DNA of 63,913 nucleotides, filler included, from Basidiobolus ranarum (Eukaryota): NCBI GenBank assembly GCA_040143965.1. It is 3 parts of 3 records of this genome, joined end to end, with 100 filler letters (N's around TTAATTAATTAA, not from the genome) between each part and the next. Parts side by side here need not be neighbours in the genome. Positions count along the whole stretch, not along the records: positions 21,449 to 42,758 come from JASJQH010007084.1; positions 42,859 to 63,913 come from JASJQH010007089.1; 1 more part is not named here. One strand, 5' to 3'. Shown piece by piece: positions 37,790 to 50,921 of this stretch (position 1 is its first letter; each line of letters starts with the position of its first letter). The notes under the pieces were generated by a model. It saw only the letters and a program-made list of their open reading frames with translations, ran no database searches and was not told where the DNA came from. The position numbers and the translations under genes were made by a program.

Positions 37790-40470
37790 GTTTAGTAGTA
37801 AGAGAAGGTTTCGAGTTTTCAGTAGAGGTATTAGGGTGGAATATTAGAAATGCGATTTCAAAGAGGATAGGTTGTTTAAGGTAACGAACAAACGGCACAG
37901 CCACAGAGGAAATTTAAAAGTACTAGACCGGATGCCTCTTCTCCCTTATATAACTGAGGAGAGCGCAGTGAAATCTTTAATAGTTACTAATTAAAGGGAT
38001 GCCCAATAAGAGCATGCACTGTTATTGGGGGAATAATCGATATTGATAAAATATCGGCAAAAAGGAATGTACAATGGCAAACTAAGACAAAAAAACTTCC
38101 CATTAATCCAAAAGAGGAAATGCAAATGGTGCGAAAGATCATCTACAGGCAGTTCTTGTGAAATACCGCCGCAATTTACAGAAATGTTTTTCTATTGTCA
38201 TGCCTGATGTGCCCCCTTTGTGCTCTGGATTCCTATTGGTGGGCGGTCAGATAATTGACCTGTCTAAATTAGAACATGATTAAATGTGCCAATGGGAATA
38301 AATTGAGACTTCAACAGATTAATTTGTCCTGAACGTGTTAAAATTTCCTATTAACAGCGCGTCAAACCGAACATGTTTCTCCCAAGCAGCACTTTGAGGC
38401 CTGTATGAGTTGCAGCATTGGGTTCACTGTGGATACATAGCAGTTGAGTCGTCTAGGGGATATGGCTTTGGTGTTGCTGAAGGGCATTTGGCATAATGAT
38501 CCTATCAGGGGAGTGGTTTAAATCGATTTCATCTAGAATACTGGATGATGAGCACCGTATTTGACTTTGTTAGTGTGCAGTCGACGGGAATCAAACTCGC
38601 CGCTCGCCTGAGCATCAAGTATCCTGAACACGGTCGTCGTCTGTCTACATTGGATTCCTATGGACGGTCTTTCGAAATCCTGGTAACGTATCTGCAGCTG
38701 TAATTAGAGTATTTTAAGCCCATCGAGGGTTAGAAAATCCTATTTGCTTTAAGGCTGTATGCATCTAAAGTAATCGAGCCACCTGCATGTTAATTTCGAT
38801 CTTTAAACCTAAACTCCATACCGATGGTTTCCTCCTCAGTACTTTGGTTCGTGAAAATTTTATGCGCCAACAGTAGGATCCGGTCTTAGTATTACAGCTA
38901 TTGCTGAAAATAGGAATTGACTGCCTAGAGCTAGATTCTGTTGGGAGCGCCAAGGATGCAACCAAAAGTGATTTGTGAAACCGGTTTCAAGTCATGAATT
39001 CACAGCATAGATTCAGCTGATGGTGCTTGTGTTATCGTAGTAGAGGTAAAACAAGGCCCTGGCCAACAATCTGAGTCATATAATGTTGGTGATGTCGATT
39101 CAAGTACATCCGAAGAGGGTTGGCTATCATATGGTAAAAAGAGGTATCGCGTCTTTTAACGCTCTAAAAGCCCTGGTGAAAGGATATTGTGTGAATTCAC
39201 CAAGTGTGGGAAATAGTATCATTCTCTTACTTCACGCTCATTAGATAGTCTACAAATCGGGCCTAGCCCCTCAATCTAGTAGACCATTTAACTAGTTATT
39301 TCCGACCATATAATTCTATTTCCAGCTACGAAACAAGCAGTGGAGTCAGTCCTGGCTGAGCTTTAATACATGTATCACTCTGACATCACAGTTCCATACT
39401 GGCATGCAATTGGATAGTGTTAAGGTCATTGCATGTATTATGAGAGAGGTGATGACAGTTCTTGAGCGGGCTTTTCACAGGTTTGGGCTTAGTCATAAAC
39501 CAGAGAGAAAGCTGTCTAAGTGCTCGATACAGAAGCGAGTCTGTCAAGTTGGCCCTTAGTACATCGCGCTTGCTACACGGCTTGGTAATGTCATTTGATG
39601 ACTAGTATCCGGAGTTCATCATCATTCAAGGCTCTGCAACAGGTATTCCTACACCACCAGATGAGTGATGATCATACTTTCCAACAGATTTGTAACACCG
39701 GTTTGCCCCTTTATTGGGGTTTCCAATCATGTCGGTGAGTAATATGAGTGATTTTTGTCAAAATGAGATACTTAAGGGTTTGAGACTCATCCAGAGGCTT
39801 TTGCTTCATACGCGCGAAAAAGGGTCAGGCGACTTCAGGTCACTTGATTTTATCAGCAGTGCTATGATGATATGTGCGGCGGAGCAGTGATTCCGTACTA
39901 TTGGCGTCGTTTCTCCAGTGATCGAATTTCAGCTACAATGCTGTGCAGGCCCCTAGATAGAGTTACCTCGGGTCATAGTATCTTCAAGTATCTAGAGGCT
40001 GGCCTCGGTCACCTACTGAATGTAGAACAATCCTTGGAAACTGGCCAGAACTCCATAGAAAATACTCAGTTTCGGACTCTCAGAGCGGGGAGATGTTTCT
40101 ACTGTGAACAAGCTAACGATAGCAATGGTAGGAAATCAGATTCAATATGGTTTCAGGCTGGATATGGTTTGATGTCATGAATACCTGAGCCACAAATCTT
40201 TTATGAATTATGTTATTGGATGAACTAGGAAAATGAATCTCATCGATTTCGGACTGTCCTTTCATTATGTTTGGTCAATCGCGTCAACTTCTCAGACATA
40301 TTTAAGCAGGCTTAATGGTGAGGTCACAAAACCGTCTCAGTTTGAATAATTATAATTCGTAAGACTTCTTTCCCCTTTACGTTGAGAGATTTTTTACGCA
40401 CACCTCAAGTGAATTTTCTTATCCCTCGACTCTCCTTGTTCGGTAGTGATACATCAGCCTCTGCCTTGCT

Positions 40471-42009
40471 ATGACTTCCACAATTACATTTTTTCCCGAC
40501 GAGATCTGGTCCCTGGTCTTTTACTTTGTAAAATCCCACGTACCGAGTGTATATGCTTTAGGAAATACCTGCAGACATTTACGTAGGTAAGTTTGGTTTT
40601 TATTCTTCTAGAGTAATGTGAGGTGGACTATGATGTCGTGAAGCAAAAAAATAACTTCTTGAAACACTAGTCTGTCTGTGCAGGATAAACTATGGTACGA
40701 GGTATACCGCTATCAATTTCCACGACTTACTCAAGCATTGAACTATCGAGAGGACTCTACTGGAGAAACCCAGACGTGGCGGCATAGATTTTTAAGCAAC
40801 TGGCACTTGTACCAGGAATGGCAAGGTTATTTCAACACAATAACTCCCGAACAGTTAAATCAGCCTTTATGGCAGCTAATACTAGGACATGGCACTCAGC
40901 CTTTCTCACATGCAACACGACGACTTGTTATTGATCGTGATCACCTAGTTACAGGGTATGGTGTATGTATACTTGAGGATTCATATGAAGTGATACTATG
41001 GGAATCGGATCCGCAATTACTCCGAACTCCTTTAAAGTTTACTATTGAGAATCCTGATAGATGTCAAATGGAGCTTATCGCCATTAGTGCGAGACGAGGG
41101 CTATTTGTAGTAGCTCTCTGTACAGATATTGCACGAAACTTCTGGCACACTCTTCAGGTATATTGCTACACTGATGATACTGGTGTGCCACGTTTAGTAT
41201 CCGAATTCCGGCCATTAATAGTGTGGCGGTCCTTTCATGCTTGTTTTGACTTACCAGGAGCCGAGGAAAACGAACTGGCCTTGATTGGTATTCTGTATCA
41301 AGATGGATTCCCGTGCTTCCTTGGAAATTACAATTACTTGGATGGTAAGGTTAGAAATACAAAAACCTTTGGCAAAGATATATGTGTCGTCAACTATCAC
41401 TGTCTGGATACGCCAGATCTACTCTATCTGACAACGTGTCAACATGAGATCATGGTGTGGAACTTTTGTGAAGATCAGTCCACTTCACTTTTGAAGAATT
41501 ATCCAGTCCTACCGTGGGGCACTGAACCTATGGTGATCTTCAATGGCTTTAACCAAGATAATGGTGTATCTAAACGCTCTATCCGCTGCGTGACTATTGC
41601 CGATGATGATATGAATAGAAACCAAGTTTTACTGTGGAACCTGGAGGTCCAAAATCACCCAGAAGAGCCCATAAAAGTATCTAGTAACTTGATCTCTGAG
41701 ACAGAGCTTCGGAGTGAACACGGGGTATTTGGAGCATATTGTGGAAGAGATACATTACTAGTGACCATAACGATAGATGGGGTACTTCAAATCTATGACG
41801 TGAATACATGCGAAAAGATGGGTCATTCTAAAATACCCATCCACTATAATGAATCAGATCCAAACCAAGAGAGAATAGAATATTACGATATAACCATACT
41901 AGAATCCGGGGAGGTTTTGGTATGTACATCCATTGGATTATGGAGAGTCTCTCCATCCAACCTTACTCGCCCAGAGACCACCGCCTACATCCTTCAATGC
42001 TCCGATTAA
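40471..42009 (+). CDS. F-box protein with probable beta-propeller C-terminus (2 exons)
   Basis: Exon 1 (40471-40586) plus exon 2 (40671-42009) gives FPDEIWSLVF...LGNTCRHLRSLSVQDKLW (F-box); later WD-like strand ends (IMVWNF, VLLWNL, DGVLQIYDV). Confidence 0.82.
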
Positions 42010-42649
42010 GTACGACCTGAAATGGGATTGCATACGAACCATCTTTCCTCTGAATTTGACTTGTGATTATCTAGTTGTCGATATGTAGGAATTAAAAATA
42101 TTATTAGAGTTGATCGTACGAACGAATGCTCTGCCTGAACCTAATGTAAATAAATCATTTAGCTACCAAAGAAATGAGCTCTGAATTGTATTTTAGTAAG
42201 CGGGATCAACTCATTCCAAATCATCTTCACCCTGATCTATTCCCGCTTCTTTTCAAGGGTTTAAGAAGTTGAAGCAATTAAGGTTGAGGTTTGAGTAATG
42301 TATCTACTAATTATGATTGAGAGATTGAGATGAGTTTACAATGTTAGTGCAGCATTTCTCATATTGAAGTAATGAGCTCAGAATGGAACTATACCCACCA
42401 ACCATCAGAAGTGCACCCACACTTTCGTCACAACAGCTGCCACCACTCTGATCAAGTACTATTGCTATCCGATGGAGTTGACGAAAGAATAGAATATCCA
42501 TGCTGCATATCCACTGGCTGTCTGTCACTGCCAGCTCTTTGCATTTAGTTCCAATTTGCCTTAATATCCACAGTTGCAAATCATTGTCATCTAAAATCTT
42601 CATTTAATCAGTGAATCAGTAATTGCCTATTTGCTGTCATGGCTGGAGT

Positions 42650-42758
42650 TGTTAAAGTATTTGAGAGCCTGTTGGAAGTGGTTTGGAGAATTAGAGGAAT
42701 TGGTGGTTTTCACTTATTGATTTATTGAGTAGAAAGTTGACATTTATAGTTTTGTCAA
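42650..42758 (-). mobile_element. Family A LTR, truncated by contig end
   Basis: TGTTAAAGTATTTGAGAGCCTGTTGGAAGTGGTTTGGAGAATTAGAG matches the reverse complement of the end of 16551-16898. Confidence 0.85.
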
Positions 42759-42858
42759 NNNNNNNNNNNNNNNNNNNNNNNNNNNNNNNNNNNNNNNNNN
42801 NNTTAATTAATTAANNNNNNNNNNNNNNNNNNNNNNNNNNNNNNNNNNNNNNNNNNNN
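42759..42858. other. Artificial contig spacer
   Basis: N44-TTAATTAATTAA-N44. Confidence 0.98.
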
Positions 42859-42951
42859 TTTATCATATTTATTATCTCTATCTTTATACACCTAACTATT
42901 TCATATATCACATATAAGTTAGTTAACATTACTTAGTCAAATATCACTTAG

Positions 42952-43812
42952 CTGAAAATTGGAACATATCCCAATTTCAATACACCTATATCCCAAAATA
43001 CGCCAGTTCACCCATATCTAGCAACTACTTTGGGCTTACCACCTCAATATCAATACGTCTTGATCAAGTAAGTAACATAGTGGACTATTGTGATGATTAA
43101 ATACTAATATAGCTTTCAGTGGCTTACCATACTTGATGCAAATGGCGAACCCGGTCACTCCTAACATTGGCAATCCGATGAGTTTTACTTCAGGTGCCGC
43201 TCCACCCGTAGCGGCCCCTGAACCACTTATGGCACAAGTACCACCGAACATAATCCCTCCTGAAGTTAATGGAATACAACGTAACCGTCAGCTGGCGCAA
43301 TCCATGTGGCTAGTCTTTAGATTGGTTTTTTTCGCTTATTTGTTTGGCCAAGGAGCGAGCTTTGAAAGAATGGTGCTCATTTCGTTAGTTTGCATGGTGG
43401 TTTACTTGTAAGTATTATTCTATCCTTGTGGTTATCTTATGGACAATAGTAACAAAAATCAATTGGTAGATATCAAACTGGTAGACTACGTGTCGTACGC
43501 GTCCAAATCAATCAACTAAACCTCAGAAATCCACAAAATGTGTTTCCTCTAGATCAGCAAAATCCGGTACCAATAGCACCTCAAAACCAAAACCAACAGC
43601 AACCACAACCACAACAACCACAACCACAACAACAACCACCTCAACACCAACCCGAAAACCAAGCACCTCAACCAGAATCTCAACCACAAGAGCCACCAAG
43701 AGACGCTTTAGGTATTCTTAAAGTTGCCATTTTAACGTTTTTCAGATCTATCATCCCAAGCGATCGGATTCGTGATATTCAACCAGAGGATATTGAAAAC
43801 CAAATGTTTTAA
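42952..43812 (+). CDS. HERP/HERPUD-like ER membrane protein, 3' part (5' exons beyond contig start)
   Basis: Exons give YQYVLINGLPYL, WLVFRLVFFAYLFGQGASFERMVLISLVCMVVYLYQTG, a Q/P-rich linker and AILTFFRSIIP, resembling the HERP TM hairpin and TFF.SLIP tail. The ubiquitin-like domain is not in the window. Confidence 0.7.
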
Positions 43813-44364
43813 GCACTGTAATAGACCATACATCTACGAATTCAGGTTGATTTACTTTACTTAGGTATCAAAGACCCGCTCATTCCTCATTATTATCCAA
43901 GAAGATTTCTTCCTCACTTCACCTCCCTAACTTAACCTCTGCCGTTCCTCACCAAATCTTTTATCACCAAGCGAACATTTCATATTATGACGTGCTGGTA
44001 CCCGTTGTTCTTGAGAGATTTTCCCATTTCCATTTCCTTCAAGTCTCATGTGATAGAAGGAACATTCAATCTGAAGTAGATTCTCCTCATCTCCATTTTT
44101 CTGTAATTTGTAAAAATTTTGTTCTGTGACTTTACCAAATTTCAGGAATAATGACACGAGGATTCGTTTATTTGACATAAAAGTCCTTAAATAAATAACA
44201 TACATACATACACGTAAAACATACACACAAATCCCATATACATATGATCAAGAGGTGCTCACCATTATACTAGGAAAATATACATGCTCATGAGAGAAAG
44301 AAATATTCGAAATAACCCATTGTTAATGAAGAATCTATCGTTCGTCAATAAGTAACTCATCTAA

Positions 44365-47300
44365 TTAGATGGTCAATAGAGACGTTCGTCGGTTTAATTG
44401 GGTCATTGGAGGCTGTGATGAGATGGAATCCTCTGGCATATCTGTTGCCACTGGTGGATCAAGATGAGGGTAAGCAATACTCTCTTCCTGTATGATATGA
44501 GCATCCCTTGGCCAGAATGTACGGGATACGTAGAGGGCGATGAAATCAGGTAAGAGGGCTAACGCACTTACTAATATTATTGCCAAATAATAATCTGGCA
44601 TTTGATGCATAGCTACGAAGATTCCTTTATCCAGGAATCCAATGAATTCTCCTACATAAAAGAATAGGATATAGACGACGAGACTTAAAAGTAAAGTCAC
44701 ATATGTAGGCCACACCCAATAGTGAACCATCAAAAAGAATTTCAAATATACCACGATTAAGATCATAGTGTCTGCCAAGAAGGCTTGCATTCGAATATCC
44801 ATCACTTGACCATCTCCATAGAAACCACCGTATTGTTGCATTAGGGAGACGATTATATATACAGCTGCAGAATGCCACAAAGAAGAGAAACCCCAATAAA
44901 CCCATAGTTTGGCATTCCAATAATTTCCATCTTTGACTTCTTTATAGAGACGTGGATATTGCGCAATCTTTTCTTCCGCTACATCCTTATCGAATATGGC
45001 GGCGGCAATCGGGGGGAGAACGGTGAATATAACATTCCAAAGAGTCAAAAAAACGTCAATATAAATGGATTGACCCGACCAAGCACTTTGGATACCAAAC
45101 CAATATTGGACTGTAATCAAAGCGATACTCTTATAAAATGAGTAATAAATCATCTCGGCAATTCTCAGATGTGAGAATCGTCCGTGTACAGAGAGTAATC
45201 TTCGAAGGGATTTGAACTCGTTGAATGAGTAATCACTAGCGCGAACTGCTTGTGCACCTTCCATACCTTTGATACCAATACCGACATGAGCTTCTTGTAT
45301 CATACTCACATCATTGGCGCCGTCCCCTATGGCTAGTGTGACTTTTTGAAGCTTTTTCTTGACCATCCTTACAACAAGTGATTTTTGCAGTGGCGTAACT
45401 CTGCAGCAAATCACGGAATGGCACATTTCAGCGATTTTCAAGAAGCGATCGATCAACATATCATCACCAAGTACATATACTAAGGCTTCACCGTTCACCA
45501 CGAGAGCATTGACACCTGATTCTTGGTTCTCTAGAAATCTCTCAATCTTAGCCATTTTCTTTTCGCAGTCAACTGGCGAGCGTCCAGCTAAGACCATCAC
45601 CTCCATATCGGCTGAAAGCAATCTAGATGATTTCCCAATCTTGATGGCGGTTTCTTGCTTGTCTCCTGTTAATAACCAAATCTTGATGTCACATTTGAGT
45701 AAGTACTCGATGGTTTCCGGTACTTGATCTTGGAGTTTATCTTCAATGGCTGTACATCCAAGCAACAATAAATCTCTTTCGATCATTTCACATGCTTGGG
45801 CGAGTTTCTTTTGACGATCAGAAAGGGCTCTTTCTGCGTAATCATATTCCGTCTTGAAAGTTTCATATTCTTCGGTGGTAAGTTTTCTCCAAGCAACCAT
45901 TAAAGTACGAAGACCACCATCTGAAAAGTGATCTAAAGCGGAGGTGACATCGTCCACATTTTGCCCCTCTTGAAGCCTACTTAGGATGATATTATCGGCA
46001 CCTTTGCAATACAATACAATCCCATCATCTGTTTCCACAATGATCGACATTCTCTTTCTGTCAGAGTTGAATTCCAACACATTCAATACTGGAAACTCCA
46101 TCTTCTTTCCAAGAAAGGAGATGGTCATGAGGTCTTTTTTCCTTCTTAACAGTTCTATCTTATTTTCTTTGAGAGCCGAGACAATGGCTATTTCGTCAGG
46201 GGATGGAGATTCAAATTCAATCTCACCGGTGTCATCATTTTCAACTGTCATTACTTCATGACATAAAATCAGTGCATGGCAGAAGGTGGTAGTCAACTCT
46301 TTAGTATGTCCAGAGGAGGTTTCCAGGCTCGATAAGCGTTTGAGTAATGAACCGGGATGTTTTAATTCGTTAATCAGATGCTTTCCAATACACCAATGAG
46401 ACAATTTCATGATGTTTCGGGTTAGAGTACCAGTTTTATCCGAAAAGATGTATTCTACAACGCCAAGATCTTCATTTAAATTGGAACTTTGTGGCTTCAT
46501 ACGATCTCCGTTAGGGGCTCTCATTTGATCATCCCAATTCATGAACACAATTTGTACCACACGAACAATCTCGACAGTTACAAATACTGAGATGGGAATC
46601 ACGTAGGTGTAGATAACAAAGAATGTCATGAAGTCGGCGACTACGCTCTGTTGATTTGGAACATAATCATTAGGATCAAGTATTCTCCGGCAAAGATAGG
46701 ATGGACATTTACCTTGGCTTTGGTGGATTTCTCGTAAGGGGTAACCAGATACCAAGCATTTGGGTACGAGTGATTTCTCTGAGTATCCTAAAGGCATTGG
46801 AATCGAGAATGGTAAATAGCTAGTTTCAAATGATATGAGTGAACTCTACTTACAGAGGGGATGTATTCAAGACAGATGCTTGATATCAACAAAAAAAGGT
46901 TAAATACAAAGATCCCTAATAGCATTCTATTTAGCTTCTTCTCCATAGTAGAGAATTTCAGTTTGGAATTCTTCAAATTCCTAGAAAAATGGGAATTTTC
47001 ATTGGTGTTCATATTCGAGATGGTGTCATACAAAAATTACGTAGAGATTTACCTAAATATTTTGGTATCAGAACCAACATAAATTGTTACTCCATAGACA
47101 TACTCGGTGTTTTTCAGAAGAGTTCCACGTAATAACATGTTGTCCAGTGCAAGTGGCTCTACGCTATCCTCTCCTTCATCATGAATAATAGCGCGTCCTT
47201 CGAACGAAGTAAGTCTTTCATTCGGCTCTTCGCATTGAACACGTCCATGAATCTTGGCAATTGTCTGTTCTCAAAATAGAGTTTTTTAAGTATTTGATGA

Positions 47301-48279
47301 GAATGGTGTATGTTAAGAGGCGACATACCTCGGGGGTATCAAATTCATGGGTAAATGGTACTGCTAATCTACGTTTCAGGTTGGTTTCACCATCCAGCTC
47401 CATTGTCTCCACAAAGCAAGTATCCTCGTCAGTACTAGTACTTAAGATCATCATATCAGCCGGAATTTTTTCATTTTTATGAATTTTCAACTAAAGTAGT
47501 GAAGCTCAAGTTAAACGGGGTTCTTACAATCACTCGGTAAAAATAGTCACTTACCACATCTCCAGGGACAATATCTTTACATATAATATCGTCTAACTCT
47601 CCTTTCCGAATGATTTTGTATATTTGATTGTTAGCAAGCTTGTCCTGCTTGTACCGTTTCTAGAAAAAAATTATCCCGGGAATATTAGATAATACTCTCG
47701 AGCAACTGGTTCTATAGGAAAGCCAGATTTCGAAACAAAGCATACATACATAATCCTCGATGGCGTCTTTGATAGCAGTAACGGCTAATACAAAAAGTAA
47801 AGGTAGGATTTGGGTAACAGGCTCTAGAGACGGTTCGATAGCAACAAAAATGGTTCCAAGTAAGAAATAAAGATTATAAAATCTTCGAAACTATTTTCGA
47901 GATAAAATATAAAATAGATAACTGTTAGTACGGTGGAAATGAAGCAGACAAAATAGTATGGATTTACTTGATAAAACAAATTCTTCGGAAGAAACGTCAG
48001 CAAAGTATACTTGGTCGTTCTTATATTATTAGTTGTGTAGTGGTACTTTTCTGTCAGTTCAGCATTTGGCTCATTGAACACAACCTCATACCGAACCTCG
48101 TTTGTTTCTCGTCTAACTAGTTGTGGAGCAGCGACTACACTACTACTACTATTATTGAAATGCTGAGTGTGAAAAGAAGGTCGAGATTTAGGAGGTATGT
48201 GAAATACCCCGCTTGTAGAAGATATTTGAGTTGAAGCCTGGGATGCGTTGTCCTCTTCGTTGCGGTGAGGAGTCAACAT
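44365..48279 (-). CDS. P4-type ATPase (phospholipid flippase), multi-exon
   Basis: TTKYT...FLPKNL, ETMELDGETNLK, IPISVFVTVE, FSDKTGTLT, EFNSDRKRMS, KGAD, IEDKLQ, LTGDKQETA, CCRVTPLQK, GDGANDVSMIQEAHVGIGI. Confidence 0.97.
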
Positions 48280-49398
48280 GTGATATTTGAGGGTAAGGTT
48301 TGAATAGGCGTGAATGCTCCAGTGTAAATGAATATATACACCGAACAAATAAAAAAAATCAAGCTATTGACTAACCAGAAAGATTCGAAATGTAATCTCA
48401 GACTAGGTTGATCAATTTAAACTCTTTAGGTGGATAGAGTTGTTCCGGATTTTCCGTTGATTTTGAAGTTCTATATTTGCCTATTAATAAATCTTAAAAT
48501 AATCTTTAATGTAAATAGCGGGAATAAGCCCGCCATTTGGAAATAGTATGGAAATCACTTCACTACAAGCATCACTTTGTGACTGTTTCTAGCTATTTCG
48601 ATCAAGTACGCACTCTGTTGCCTATCTATGTTGATCAGCGCGACTTTGAAATGTAATATTGAAATTAGATTAACCAAACCTCATGGATGAATTGGATTTA
48701 TTCCGGCCGATACACTTCTATGGATATTGTTATTCGGAGACTAGTACCGAGTCATGCACCTCTCTGCATTTTCACGATGATTTTCACGGGCGTTCAGCTG
48801 TTTCTCTAGTAGAAAAAATACTAGAAAGGAAAGCCCAGCTATCCATAATCGCAACAATCGGGAGCTGAGTAATCGTATACTCTTATTGCCCTTGCCGTAT
48901 CCATCGTCAATACTAGGATAGAGAATGGGCATCTAAAGCAACATCTTGTAATACATGTGGGAAGATAGAACAAACTACTCACGTCCAATGTCCCCATCTT
49001 CGTACCACTTTTCAATGTCACCAATACATATTAATTATTAGAGGATATTCAAGTGTACAATATAGTTGTTTCTCATTCCTTAGTGTTGTACTCATAAATG
49101 TCAATTTAAATTGGCAGGATTAAACTCAAAGTTAATTATGGCTCGTGAACATACCGATAAATTTAGAGGAAACCCCAACCAATACATTGAAACTCCCTTA
49201 TCAGTTTGGTATCATCTGCTCTATTCCGTTTCATCAGTTAAGTGATTTCTCAGTTCTCACAAATATCTCGCTATCAAACATGTATCATCCTTGTAGCAAA
49301 GTCATACATTTATTACAAGATATTGCAACAATAAAAGCAAGGAAGGTGATGATGTGTCTTGGTAGACTCGTTCATCAACTTTCAGTTCTGCCCCCATC

Positions 49399-49908
49399 AT
49401 GTATAAAATCGCTTTGCTTGGTTGGACGTTGTTGAGTGCTCTCTTGGTTGCATCGCAGGTGCCTGAGATGCCACCTTTGGTTTGTCCATCAGATAGAAAA
49501 CCAACAGACCACCTTGGTTGTCGGGCTTTAATTCAGAAATTCCCTGGTAGCGGCATGGGTGTGTGTTGTGCTTACCGTGATCGTTGTATTAGAACCTGTA
49601 ATTATAGTAAATTGGCGTGTGAATACGAGTATGGTGCATGTATGCTGAGTGTTTGTCGGTCAACGAGCATTCAATTCCCGGAGCTCAATCAAAAGGATTG
49701 CATTAATCAGTGGACCACTATCTATAGCGGTGGTTTCAAGAAACTTAACCTCACCACTGCTTACGATTTCTCATGTGAATACATGTTTGAACTAAGGAAA
49801 GTGAGCGGATGTCCAAATCCCGATGGTACACCCAAGCCAGTTTACTTGGACACTTACCAGGATCCAGAGTTAGATGCATTTCAAAGATTCTGGGACATTC
49901 CCCTCTAA
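49399..49908 (+). CDS. Secreted Cys-rich protein, group XII phospholipase A2-like (predicted inactive), copy 1
   Basis: Signal peptide, 12 Cys, GC...CCAYRDRCIRTC..SK..CE..Y..CM..VC versus the PLA2G12 pattern CC..HDRCY.TC..SK..CD..F..CL..IC. Confidence 0.75.
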   Translation: MYKIALLGWTLLSALLVASQVPEMPPLVCPSDRKPTDHLGCRALIQKFPGSGMGVCCAYRDRCIRTCNYSKLACEYEYGACMLSVCRSTSIQFPELNQKDCINQWTTIYSGGFKKLNLTTAYDFSCEYMFELRKVSGCPNPDGTPKPVYLDTYQDPELDAFQRFWDIPL

Positions 49909-50921
49909 CTCCTACCATAATCTTGTCTCTCCTCCATGTAGTCCTGTTTAATTTGGCATTTTGGACAACAGGTTCTGGACAACAGGTTTTGCTGAATTTT
50001 GTATTCCGGTAATAAAACAATAGATTTGTTGAATTTTGCATTCCAGACGATGAATTTTGTATTTCCTTCTGTCACATCGTCGTATTCAATTTAATGAGGT
50101 CACACCAACTTCAGTGAGTGACAATCAATGAGGAGCTTTAACCGATTTGTAAAAAAACTGATCACTGTATATATGCTATTGTTAGATAATTAGCACATCC
50201 AATTTCCCAGTTCTTGTATCCGTCTTCCTTGAGGATATTTAGTGAATACTTGAATGTTGTCAGTTAGTTGTAGAGATATACAGATTCAAACTTCGAAGTG
50301 AAAGAAAAATAGCTGTTATAAGCCATAAAGTTATATTTGCAAAACACTTCTTTGTAACGCAAAGGCCTCCACTTCGATTTGAGTTACGAGATTCAACCAT
50401 CTATTTTGGGAATTATATCTACCAGACAATTCGACCATTTCCGGTGCAGTCTTCTGCATTATCACCTAATGATTTTCACGAGTATTCACCCGCTCCTACA
50501 TGGTTCCTTCTACCTCATTTAATACTTAGAAACACTAGAAAGGAAAGGAGTCCTCTTGGCTATCTACAGATGGATACAGATGCGAGTTCATCGGAACAGA
50601 TTCAGCATTCAAGTTTAGTGATAGATCGTGGCCAATAAATGTTCGCAGGAGTTGACTCACTATTGATTTATTGTTTACTGGAGGAAGAGTATGACGAGTC
50701 TCGTCTTCCTATTCGAGTTACATCATCCCTGCTTTGTTCAGTTTCATTAACGAGGTGACGAATGGTCTTTTCTAGCGATAACGAACCCATCTCAACCTGA
50801 TATGCTCTTGAAAAGAAAGCTGAGTTATCAAACATGTGTCATCCTTCTACCAAAGCCATGCGCTTATTGCAACCATAAAACTAGAGAAGATCACTGAAAG
50901 GTCCTGTCCCCTCTCTTCACT

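Noticed and set aside
42307..42603. 98-aa minus-strand ORF with faint Ty3/gypsy RNase H resemblance
   Set aside because: Motifs are too weak and spread over frames to support a call.
43585..43690. CAACCA-type microsatellite
   Set aside because: It encodes the Q/P-rich linker of the HERP-like protein.
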